Part shown: one piece after another, positions 56,877-64,000 of the stretch
Layout of the letters: every line of letters starts with the position of its first letter
How positions within the stretch are numbered: position 1 is the stretch's first letter
Notes under the pieces: model-generated
Seen by the model: only the letters and a program-made list of their open reading frames with translations
Database searches by the model: none
What the model was told of the DNA's origin: nothing
Source of the DNA: Bacteroidota bacterium
GTDB lineage: Bacteria; Bacteroidota; Ignavibacteria; UBA10030; SZUA-254
Assembly: GCA_035518715.1 (NCBI GenBank)
Contig: DATIXJ010000017.1
Span: 420 to 64,419 of the forward strand
Length of the DNA: 64,000 nt
Direction of reading: 5' to 3'
Translations under genes and position numbers: made by a program

Positions 56877-58501
56877 GAATAGCCCCGATCATCTCCGGAA
56901 TTCTGATTGCCGTTTCCGTATCTGCCGGTCAGGAACAGGCGGCAATCACCGATACCTCGGGTATGCCGAGACTTGAGATTCCTGAGATCACCATCATTGG
57001 GAAGAAAGCCATCACTCTCCCGTTTGCGAGAAAGGGAGAAATCTACGATGTTGATATCTACAAGGTCCCGCCGCCGGATTCTACGCTCCTGCAGGACCGG
57101 CCGCCAATGCCGCTTCCCGTCGGACGGCTTCCGCGGTATGATGAACCGCTCGTTCCGCTTCACTACTCGGTCGAAGGTTCTCTCGGCAGCTATTTCACCG
57201 GCGGAGCCCGCGGATATCTCGATTATACGGGAAATCGATGGGGAATTTCCGGCAACGCCGGTTTCGACGCGACTCAGGGACACACCGATCATGCTTCAGG
57301 ATCCGCAGTCGGTCTCGAGACTCACGGGCATGCCCTAATCGATGCGGGGACAGGGGAGACAGGCGCTTTTCTTCTCAACGGAGGAATACTTCTCCGCCAC
57401 GAGGTCTACGGACTCTTCGGAGCCCAGGATCCATCTACCGATCGCACGCAGAATTCAACCACGCTGTCACTCGGCGCGGGCACCCTCGGGCAGGATGTGA
57501 ATGCGGTCAATTTCCGGCTCGCGGCGAACTTCCTCTCCGTCTCGGATGACCGCTCCGGTGTCGACTCATCGGTATCTACCGTTTCACCCGAAGTTTCTGC
57601 ATCCTTGCGGACAAAAGCGGGCGTCGTCGGCTTGTCGTCAGACTTCTCATTCCGGAGCTCGTCTCTTGATTACGCGCATCCTGTTGAGCTTCCGTCACTC
57701 CTGGATTTTTCTGCCGGGGCAGAATGGAGCCCGGTCGACCGCATCTCTCTGCGTGTTGGCGGAACTTATGATGAGGGAAGCACAAGCAATGGAGATAACC
57801 GCTCGATTCTTGCCCCGTTCGGGGAAGTGAAATGGGAAATTGATCAGGACCGGTCGTTCCGGTTCTGGATCCGGCCCTCGATGGATTTTCGTTCATACGG
57901 GGACTTCCTCCATGAGAATCCGTATCTTTCAAGAGAACTTGATATCCGTCCGGAACGCGCTCCCGTTCATTTCGGCGGGACATTCTGGTATAATGCCGGT
58001 CTCCTTTCATTGGAGATCAACGGCTCGTTCTCAAAAACATCCAATACTGCAGTGACCATCGCACAGGGCAGTACGCTGATTCTGAATTATGTCGATGCGT
58101 CGAAACTGGTCGTACGGGGGGATGCGACCCTGCGGGTCGAAAACGATCTGCTTCTCCTCCTGTTTGGCGTTGTACAGCCCTCGGTTGAAGACGGGACAAC
58201 CACGCAGCTCCCCATGGTGCCGCTGGTCAAACTCGGCGGAAGGGCTGAATCATCACTCGGAACCCCCCTGAACTTCTGGTCCACGGCAGAATACTGGAGC
58301 AAGCAGAATGTCGATCTGGCGGGTTCCACAACGCTCGGTGATCGCGTGCTCTTTGGTGTCGGAGCATCGGGCCGCATTGCCGGCAGGGTGGTACTTTCCG
58401 GGAGTATTGAAAATCTCTTCAATACTGCGTACAATTGGTGGAACGGCTATATTGCACCAGGTCGCCAGTTTATGCTCAACGCGAGAGTCAACCTCCAATG
58501 A
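56873..58501 (+). CDS. Outer-membrane beta-barrel protein (TonB-dependent-receptor-like barrel, no obvious plug)
   Basis: 542 aa with a signal peptide (ILIAVSVSAGQEQ). PEITIIGKK is reminiscent of the TBDR N-terminus. Alternating strand pattern, and the C-terminal NLFNTAYNWWNGYIAPGRQFMLNARVNL is TBDR-like. ATGA overlaps with both neighbours. Confidence 0.5.
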   Translation: MRIAPIISGILIAVSVSAGQEQAAITDTSGMPRLEIPEITIIGKKAITLPFARKGEIYDVDIYKVPPPDSTLLQDRPPMPLPVGRLPRYDEPLVPLHYSVEGSLGSYFTGGARGYLDYTGNRWGISGNAGFDATQGHTDHASGSAVGLETHGHALIDAGTGETGAFLLNGGILLRHEVYGLFGAQDPSTDRTQNSTTLSLGAGTLGQDVNAVNFRLAANFLSVSDDRSGVDSSVSTVSPEVSASLRTKAGVVGLSSDFSFRSSSLDYAHPVELPSLLDFSAGAEWSPVDRISLRVGGTYDEGSTSNGDNRSILAPFGEVKWEIDQDRSFRFWIRPSMDFRSYGDFLHENPYLSRELDIRPERAPVHFGGTFWYNAGLLSLEINGSFSKTSNTAVTIAQGSTLILNYVDASKLVVRGDATLRVENDLLLLLFGVVQPSVEDGTTTQLPMVPLVKLGGRAESSLGTPLNFWSTAEYWSKQNVDLAGSTTLGDRVLFGVGASGRIAGRVVLSGSIENLFNTAYNWWNGYIAPGRQFMLNARVNLQ

Positions 58502-59352
58502 AAATTGTTGCCGCCATACGTGAGATGCAGGATATCGCTCGCGGGCAGCGATTAAAGGGAGACACGATCGGGTTTGTTCCCACCATGGGATTTCTTCACG
58601 AAGGGCATCTCTCCCTGATTCGCCTGGCGAAAAGCCGGGCGGACAAGATCATCACATCGATCTTTGTTAATCCCACACAGTTCGGTCCGGGGGAAGATTT
58701 CTCACGGTATCCCCGCAATCTCAAAGGTGATACGCAGCTTGCGGATTCCGCGGGGAGCGATTATCTCTTTGTCCCCGAAGGTGCCGACATTTATCCTGAA
58801 GGATACGGAACATTCGTCCAGGTTGAAGAGATGACAGCCGTCCTGGAAGGTAAATCCCGCCCGACACATTTCCGCGGCGTGACGACGGTAGTGGCAAAGC
58901 TGTTGAATATCATTCAGCCGGACGTTGCCGTATTCGGTCAAAAAGACGCGCAGCAGGTTGTCGTCATCAAAAAAATGGTGAGAGACCTGAATATGGGCGT
59001 CGAAATCGTCGTCGGTCCAATAGTGCGCGAACCTGATGGACTTGCAATGAGTTCCCGAAACGTGTATCTTTCACCGACAGAACGGACGGAGAGCAGAGTC
59101 CTCTATCAGTCTCTGCTGCAGGCGCGTGACCTGGTGCTCAAAGGGGAGCGTAGGGGTTCTGTAGTCATCGATGCCATGAAGAAGACCATCTCGACCGTAC
59201 CCTCTGCAGCTATCGATTATATTTCCGTTTCAGACCCGGAAACACTCCGGGATATCTCCACAATAAAGGAGGGATCGAGCGTGCTCGTATCCCTGGCTGT
59301 ACGCTTCGGTACCACCCGATTAATCGACAACATTCTTCTGACAATATCATAA
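58498..59352 (+). CDS. panC: Pantoate--beta-alanine ligase
   Basis: GFVPTMGFLHEGHLSLI (HIGH-type motif) and VAVFGQKDAQQ are present. The ATG at 58498 overlaps the upstream stop (ATGA). The track ORF start at 58435 lies inside the previous gene. Confidence 0.9.
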   Translation: MKIVAAIREMQDIARGQRLKGDTIGFVPTMGFLHEGHLSLIRLAKSRADKIITSIFVNPTQFGPGEDFSRYPRNLKGDTQLADSAGSDYLFVPEGADIYPEGYGTFVQVEEMTAVLEGKSRPTHFRGVTTVVAKLLNIIQPDVAVFGQKDAQQVVVIKKMVRDLNMGVEIVVGPIVREPDGLAMSSRNVYLSPTERTESRVLYQSLLQARDLVLKGERRGSVVIDAMKKTISTVPSAAIDYISVSDPETLRDISTIKEGSSVLVSLAVRFGTTRLIDNILLTIS

Positions 59353-59357
59353 CACCT

Positions 59358-60128
59358 ATGCCCGATGGATCGAAAGTTGTGCCACTGGCGGTGATTATTA
59401 TGGCTGCGGGGAAGGGGACGCGCATGAACAACCCTGACATGGCAAAGGTCATGTATGAGATCGAGGGAAAGCCGATGGTGGAGTATGTCGTTGATCTTGC
59501 CACGACCCTCAGGGCGGAACGCATCCTCGTGGTTGTGGGATGGCAGAAAGAATCGGTCATTGGGCATTTGTCGGAGAAGAACCCCGCGGTCGAGTTTGTT
59601 GAACAAACGAAGCAGCTCGGCACCGGTCATGCGGTTCTCCAGACCTCGGAGAAGCTCGCGGGATTTGATGGAGATGTTCTGGTGCTCTCGGGCGATGTTC
59701 CGCTTCTCACGGAAAAGACTGCGAAGGCGCTTATCGGATATCACCGCGCGAGCGGGGCGGTGGCGACAATCCTCACGGCAGAAGTTGACGATCCATCAGG
59801 ATACGGCCGGATCGTCCATAATGAGGATGGAAGCGTGAAGAAGATCGTCGAACACAAAGACGCTTCGAAAAAAGAGATTTCCATCCGGGAAATCAATTCC
59901 GGCATTTATTTGTTTACAAAAGAGAAGCTCTTTGATTGTCTGGAGCGTCTGTCGCCGAATAATGCGCAGGGCGAGTACTATCTGACGGACATTTTTGAAA
60001 TGTTCTGGAAAAACGAATGGCGGGTATCGGCGGTGAAAGCCCTTGACGCCGTGGAAGTTATGGGCATCAATGATCTTCAGCAGCTCGAGGTTGCACGAAA
60101 AATTGTCGCCTCGCGCCAGACCGCGTGA
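59358..60128 (+). CDS. Sugar-phosphate nucleotidyltransferase, GlmU N-terminal-domain-like (no acetyltransferase LbH domain)
   Basis: AVIIMAAGKGTRMNNPDMAKVMYEIEGKPMVEYVVD matches the GlmU pyrophosphorylase motif LAAGKGTRM. QLGTGHAV, VLSGDVPL and EYYLTD are also present. It is only 256 aa. Confidence 0.7.
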   Translation: MPDGSKVVPLAVIIMAAGKGTRMNNPDMAKVMYEIEGKPMVEYVVDLATTLRAERILVVVGWQKESVIGHLSEKNPAVEFVEQTKQLGTGHAVLQTSEKLAGFDGDVLVLSGDVPLLTEKTAKALIGYHRASGAVATILTAEVDDPSGYGRIVHNEDGSVKKIVEHKDASKKEISIREINSGIYLFTKEKLFDCLERLSPNNAQGEYYLTDIFEMFWKNEWRVSAVKALDAVEVMGINDLQQLEVARKIVASRQTA

Positions 60129-60185
60129 TGGGTTGACAATAGAACCGTTTTTCTGTATAATGCAGGTGATAAACAGGGACAGTCG

Positions 60186-60674
60186 ATGAAGAAACTGCTG
60201 TTGATACTGATGGTCTGCGGTGTGAGTGTCGGAAACGCGCAATTCAAGTCTCAGCTCGATGAACAGACGTCCGCTTCGCAATCACTTGTTCATCCTGCGC
60301 CAACCATCAGCAGTCTCCTCGGCTTCTTCAATCCCGCAAATTTTTCGATGCGGCAGAATCTTTCGTACAGTTATATTTCGGCGGGAGGATCGGGACTCTC
60401 TGTGGCTTCCTATACCAACAGCATGTTTTATAAGATCGCCGATCCGCTGAATGTCCGGTTCGATCTTACACTTCAGGGAACTCCCTTCGGCGCATCGACA
60501 CCGTTTCAAAGCGCGCTCAACGGGGCATTCCTGAGTAGGGCTGAAGTCAATTATCAACCCTGGAAAAATGTTTTCCTCCAGCTCCAGTATAACCGTCTCC
60601 CGCTTACGTATTGGGGGATGTATAATCCGTGGTATGATAATTTTCCGGCGAACGACGCCGGTGGAGACCGGTAA
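60186..60674 (+). CDS. Hypothetical secreted protein
   Basis: 162 aa with a signal peptide (MKKLLLILMVCGVSVGNAQ). I recognised no family. It is followed by a strong terminator. Confidence 0.4.
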   Translation: MKKLLLILMVCGVSVGNAQFKSQLDEQTSASQSLVHPAPTISSLLGFFNPANFSMRQNLSYSYISAGGSGLSVASYTNSMFYKIADPLNVRFDLTLQGTPFGASTPFQSALNGAFLSRAEVNYQPWKNVFLQLQYNRLPLTYWGMYNPWYDNFPANDAGGDR

Positions 60675-60710
60675 GAACTGTTGAAGACGATCATACAAGG
60701 ATCTTCATGT

Positions 60711-60749
60711 CGAGTTAGTCCTCTGTCGAGGGGCTAACTCGTTTTTTTT
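60711..60749 (+). terminator. Intrinsic terminator
   Basis: CGAGTTAGTCCTC ... GAGGGGCTAACTCG forms a stem of about 12 bp (with G-U pairs and one bulge), followed by 8 T (60742-60749). Confidence 0.65.
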
Positions 60750-60755
60750 CATTCG

Positions 60756-61235
60756 ATGGACGCCGACCACACAGAGATGCAGTTGCCCGAAGATCCGGAA
60801 ACGGGGGGAACGTCACGAGTCCCTCGCATGAGGACGCTGTTCACGGGAATCATCCTGTTGCTTGTCCTCCTTGTCGGATATCTCGGCTATTCATTCATCT
60901 CCCGGAGTTCGGATACCGGCGGTAATCCCATCCCCAAAAAACCAATACAGCTTGATCTCCTGAACGGATGCGGTGCAAAAGGTGTGGGGTCGAAATTCAT
61001 GTCGTATTTGCGGGCGAACGGGTTCGATGTTGTGGAAATGAAGAATTACAAGACGTTCAATGTACCCCAGACGCTGGTGATCGACCGGACCGGGAATCTC
61101 ACCGCCGCCAAACGGGTCGCGTCAGCACTCGGCGTTCCGGACAAGAATGTGATCCAGCAGCTCAATGCGGATTATTTCGTCGATGTTTCAGTCGTGATCG
61201 GAAAGGATTTTGAATCACTCCATCCAAATCACTAA
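60756..61235 (+). CDS. LytR_C-domain membrane protein
   Basis: N-terminal TM segment (LFTGIILLLVLLVGYLGYSFI). LDLLNGCGAKGVGSKFMSYLRANGFDVVEMKNYKTFNVPQTLVIDR...AKRVASALGV resembles the LytR/CpsA/Psr C-terminal domain. Confidence 0.6.
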   Translation: MDADHTEMQLPEDPETGGTSRVPRMRTLFTGIILLLVLLVGYLGYSFISRSSDTGGNPIPKKPIQLDLLNGCGAKGVGSKFMSYLRANGFDVVEMKNYKTFNVPQTLVIDRTGNLTAAKRVASALGVPDKNVIQQLNADYFVDVSVVIGKDFESLHPNH

Positions 61236-61253
61236 CAGGAAAGTGGAGAACTG

Positions 61254-61649
61254 TTGACACCACGGACACTTGCGAAAAAGATAGCACAATTTGCCCTTGA
61301 GAAGAAAGCCGCAAATGTGACGATCCTCGATTTGAGGAAGGTGACCGACATGGCGGATTTCTTCGTGATCGGATCCGCTGATTCTGATGTCCAGGTAAAA
61401 GCCATCGCCGATCACATTGCGGAAGAAACCGGGAAGATCGGTGCCGACGTCTGGCATGAAGAAGGCCTTTCCCAGCGCCAGTGGGTTCTTATGGATTTCG
61501 TGGATGTTGTCGTCCATATTTTTCAGAGAGAAATCAGGAAATACTACTCCATCGAGAAGCTCTGGGGGGATGCCAAGGTGGAGGTTGTTGCCGATGTTCC
61601 CCCGGCTGCCCGGCCGGTCAGGAGGAAAAAGGTAGCAGCGAAGAAATGA
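61254..61649 (+). CDS. rsfS: Ribosomal silencing factor RsfS (Iojap)
   Basis: ILDLRKVTDMADFFVIGSADSDVQVKAIADHI...WVLMDFVDVVVHIFQREIRKYYSIEKLWGDA is the canonical RsfS pattern. TTG start. Confidence 0.85.
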   Translation: MTPRTLAKKIAQFALEKKAANVTILDLRKVTDMADFFVIGSADSDVQVKAIADHIAEETGKIGADVWHEEGLSQRQWVLMDFVDVVVHIFQREIRKYYSIEKLWGDAKVEVVADVPPAARPVRRKKVAAKK

Positions 61650-63280
61650 AAGAATATCTCGCTGCGGGAATCCTGCCCGCGCTCAGCCGTCTGGGTGTTG
61701 CCGAACTTCCCCCCCTTACATTCGAAAAACCCCGCAATCCGGATCACGGTGACCTTACCACGAACATTGCTCTGATGATCTCCAAGCGTACGCGGGGAAA
61801 TCCCCGCGAGATCGCCGCGAAGATCGTTGACCTCCTCTCGTTGGATTCCACCGTCGTCGACAGGACAGAAATCGCAGGACCCGGGTTCATCAATTTTCAT
61901 TTTACCGAGAAGTTCTATCACGAACAGATGCGCCAGATCCTTCGCCGGGGTGCTTCGTACGGAAAGATTGATCTCGGTAACGGGAAAAAGACGCAGGTGG
62001 AATTCGTGAGCGCCAATCCCACGGGACCTCTGACCGTCGGGCACGGACGCGGCGCGGTCTACGGCGATACGGTCTCCCGCCTCCTCGTGTGGACGAACCA
62101 CGATGTCACCAGAGAGTACTACTTCAACAACGCCGGACGCCAGATGCGCGTGCTCGCGGATTCTGTCCGCCTCCGGTATCTCGAGCTTCTCGGGCAGAAG
62201 ATAGCTTTTCCGGAGGATTATTATCAGGGAGAGTATATCAAAGAGATCGCTCAGCATGTTCTTGATCGTGAAGGAACTCCCGTTGCGCCCGACAAGCTGG
62301 AGACTATCTGCAGGAACGCGGCGGAACAGGAAATTTTTGACGACATCAAGAAAACACTCCGACGCCTCGGCATCGTACACGATGTCTACTTCAACGAGAA
62401 TACGCTTTATGAAACCGGGAAAGTGCAGGACGTGATCGATGAATTACGGAAGCGTGACCTTGCCTACGACCAGGAGGGTGCGGTCTGGTTCAGATCGACG
62501 AAGTTCGGAGGGGAAAAGGACAAGGTCATTGTGAAGAGCTCCGGCGAGCCGACCTACCGGCTTCCGGATATTGCATATCACCGTGACAAGCTTCAGCGCG
62601 GGTTTGCGCTCATCGTGGATATACTCGGAGCCGACCATATTGCGACCTATCCCGACGTGCTTGCCGGACTTCAAGCCCTCGGGTGTGACCCGTCGGCGGT
62701 AAAGGTGCTCATCCACCAGTTTGTGACCATCACGCAGAATGGTGAAGTGGTCAAAATGTCCACCCGGAAGGCAAATTTCATTACCCTCGATGAGCTGATT
62801 GATGAGATTGGATCGGTTGACGTTGTGCGGTATTTCTTTCTCATGCGCGGGATCGGCAGTCACCTCAATTTCGACCTCGGACTTGCCAAGGATCAGTCAG
62901 AACAAAATCCCGTCTATTATCTCCAGTATGCGCATGCCAGGATTGCAAGCATCATCCGGCACGCGGAGAGCACGGGCGTTGAGATTTCGGACTTGTTCGA
63001 AGGGAACAACCTCGCGCAACCGGAGGAGCTTTCTCTATTGAAGCTGCTGACAGAATTTCCTGATATGGTGGAATCATGCGCGCTCACCTATGAGCCACAT
63101 CGTCTCGCAGAATATCTTCATGAGGTTGCAGGGAGGTATCACAAATTTTACCACGCTCACCGCGTCCTGACTGAAGATCGTCCTGTGACGGCCGCAAGGG
63201 TCGCACTCTGTCTTGCCACCAAGACGGTTCTCGCCAACGGGCTTTCCATCCTCGGCATCCACGCTCCCCAAAAGATGTAG
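61646..63280 (+). CDS. argS: Arginine--tRNA ligase
   Basis: The ATG at 61646 (MKEYLAAGILPAL) overlaps the rsfS stop (ATGA); the track start at 61481 lies inside rsfS. FVSANPTGPLTVGHGRG is the HIGH region, MSTRKANF is the KMSKS-type region, and the DALR anticodon-binding tail ends in ...LSILGIHAPQKM. Confidence 0.95.
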   Translation: MKEYLAAGILPALSRLGVAELPPLTFEKPRNPDHGDLTTNIALMISKRTRGNPREIAAKIVDLLSLDSTVVDRTEIAGPGFINFHFTEKFYHEQMRQILRRGASYGKIDLGNGKKTQVEFVSANPTGPLTVGHGRGAVYGDTVSRLLVWTNHDVTREYYFNNAGRQMRVLADSVRLRYLELLGQKIAFPEDYYQGEYIKEIAQHVLDREGTPVAPDKLETICRNAAEQEIFDDIKKTLRRLGIVHDVYFNENTLYETGKVQDVIDELRKRDLAYDQEGAVWFRSTKFGGEKDKVIVKSSGEPTYRLPDIAYHRDKLQRGFALIVDILGADHIATYPDVLAGLQALGCDPSAVKVLIHQFVTITQNGEVVKMSTRKANFITLDELIDEIGSVDVVRYFFLMRGIGSHLNFDLGLAKDQSEQNPVYYLQYAHARIASIIRHAESTGVEISDLFEGNNLAQPEELSLLKLLTEFPDMVESCALTYEPHRLAEYLHEVAGRYHKFYHAHRVLTEDRPVTAARVALCLATKTVLANGLSILGIHAPQKM

Positions 63281-63293
63281 TACTACGGAAGTC

Positions 63294-63331
63294 GCTCGTT
63301 CGTATTTCGTTATTCGACGAGCATCATTTTT
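63294..63331 (+). terminator. Probable intrinsic terminator after argS
   Basis: GCTCGT(T)CG (63294-63302) pairs with CGACGAGC (63315-63322) around a 12-nt loop. TTTTT follows at 63327-63331. Confidence 0.45.
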
Positions 63332-63407
63332 GTCATTCCCAACCTGACCTTGGGACAGATACGGCAACTTCCGTCCAGGAAATATCAGGTATTCCGCACA
63401 CATCAAA

Positions 63408-63437
63408 TTGACTGCAACACCTCAAAATCGCTATATT
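63408..63437 (+). promoter_or_regulatory. Sigma-70-type promoter candidate (TTGACT-18 nt-TATATT)
   Basis: TTGACT at 63408-63413 and TATATT at 63432-63437, about 60 nt upstream of the ATG at 63496. Confidence 0.35.
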
Positions 63438-63495
63438 CATCATCCCAATGCAGTCAGCTCTGACTCAGCACCGCTGTCTTCCACGATCATGACGG

Positions 63496-64000
63496 ATGAG
63501 GTCATCTCAAGTGATTAAGATTCTGCTCCAAATACGCTTCCTTCTGGAGTGGATTGTTTTGAGAGGGATGTTGCGTTGTCTCCGCTCCGGTGATTTCCAA
63601 CGTGCGCGGAGAAGAACCATTCGCCTGTCTCACATGGGAACATATGTCCTGCGTCAGAATTGGAAATGGACGCTCAAGAACCTCTCCCTCGTTTATGGAA
63701 ATGCGCTCGAGCCCGACATCCGGAAAAAACTTGCCCGGCTCGTGTTTGAAGAACACTTTCAGAGTTATATGGAAGGACTGCGGCTTCTCGACATTACGGT
63801 CGAATCGGAAACGATGGGCCGCTTTCGTGAGGCGTACGCGAAAAATCGGGGAATCATATTGTGCAGCGTGCATCTGGGAAGCTGGGAGCCGGGCATTCGC
63901 CGGATCCGGGGGGAAGGTGTTCCGATCGTTGTGGTGTTCAGGAAGGCATATAATCCGATGAGCGACCGGGAGTTCATGAAGATCCGCTCTTCCTACGATG
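63496..64000 (+). CDS. Lipid A biosynthesis (Kdo2-lipid IVA) acyltransferase family protein, LpxL/HtrB-like, N-terminal part; runs off the window end
   Basis: Absent from the ORF track because it is open at the edge. Manual translation from the ATG at 63496 gives MRSSQVIKILLQIRFLLEWIVL...LSLVYGNALEPDIRKKLARLVFEEHFQSYMEGLRLL...GIILCSVHLGSWEPG...VPIVVVFRKAYNPMSDREF. CSVHLGSWE matches the HxxxxD/E acyltransferase motif of PF03279 proteins (HLGNWE). Confidence 0.65.
   Translation, partial: MRSSQVIKILLQIRFLLEWIVLRGMLRCLRSGDFQRARRRTIRLSHMGTYVLRQNWKWTLKNLSLVYGNALEPDIRKKLARLVFEEHFQSYMEGLRLLDITVESETMGRFREAYAKNRGIILCSVHLGSWEPGIRRIRGEGVPIVVVFRKAYNPMSDREFMKIRSSYD

Noticed and set aside
1-64000. CRISPR arrays, tRNA/rRNA genes, transposases/integrases, prophage or recognisable defence systems (RM, TA, Cas, CBASS and the like)
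   Set aside because: Intergenic spacers are short, with no direct-repeat arrays. No ORF shows DDE, tyrosine/serine recombinase, Cas or typical defence-domain motifs. The window looks like core chromosome.

Overview
Densely coding 64-kb chromosomal segment with about 50 genes, moderately GC-rich by eye (not computed). I saw no rRNA, tRNA, CRISPR array, transposase or integrase. It comes from a diderm bacterium of the FCB-type radiation (Bacteroidota / Ignavibacteriota / Kapabacteria-like; the exact lineage cannot be fixed from here). That placement rests on four type IX secretion system (T9SS) hallmark genes: porU-porV (23061-28448), sprA (39550-46521) and porX (46607-48184). Layout, left to right: (1) a glycan-utilisation block on the minus strand, with an edge-truncated AraF-like binding protein missing from the ORF track, a GH36-like hydrolase, a GH35 beta-galactosidase with a discoidin domain, and a GHMP sugar kinase. 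(2) A cold-shock gene. (3) A compact SDR / serine-palmitoyltransferase-like / GNAT-like trio that looks like a bacterial ceramide or sulfonolipid module. (4) Housekeeping genes: ilvE, usp, MFS, ispB-tatC, glyA, rpiB, gmhB. (5) A lipoprotein plus FadL/PorV-like barrel pair. (6) A 14-kb, seven-gene plus-strand operon in which porU-porV is followed by four tightly packed uncharacterised envelope genes. It is preceded by an ORF-free unit with a consensus promoter and an intrinsic terminator. (7) lptF/G-family permeases divergent from sprA, then porX. (8) tsaE-tsaB-accD and arginase. (9) A TonB / double-OmpA / 1006-aa TPR / barrel cluster. (10) panC, a GlmU-N-like nucleotidyltransferase, rsfS-argS, and an edge-truncated LpxL-family acyltransferase, also missing from the track. 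The most interesting material is the extended porUV operon. It encodes an M6-type peptidase scaffold whose HExxH is mutated away, fused to FG-GAP repeats and a T9SS C-terminal sorting domain. It also encodes a 1035-aa fusion of an MA-type HExxH domain, PD40 propeller repeats and an Omp85-type barrel. All family assignments come from motif recognition and memory of reference sequences. No search or computation was run.
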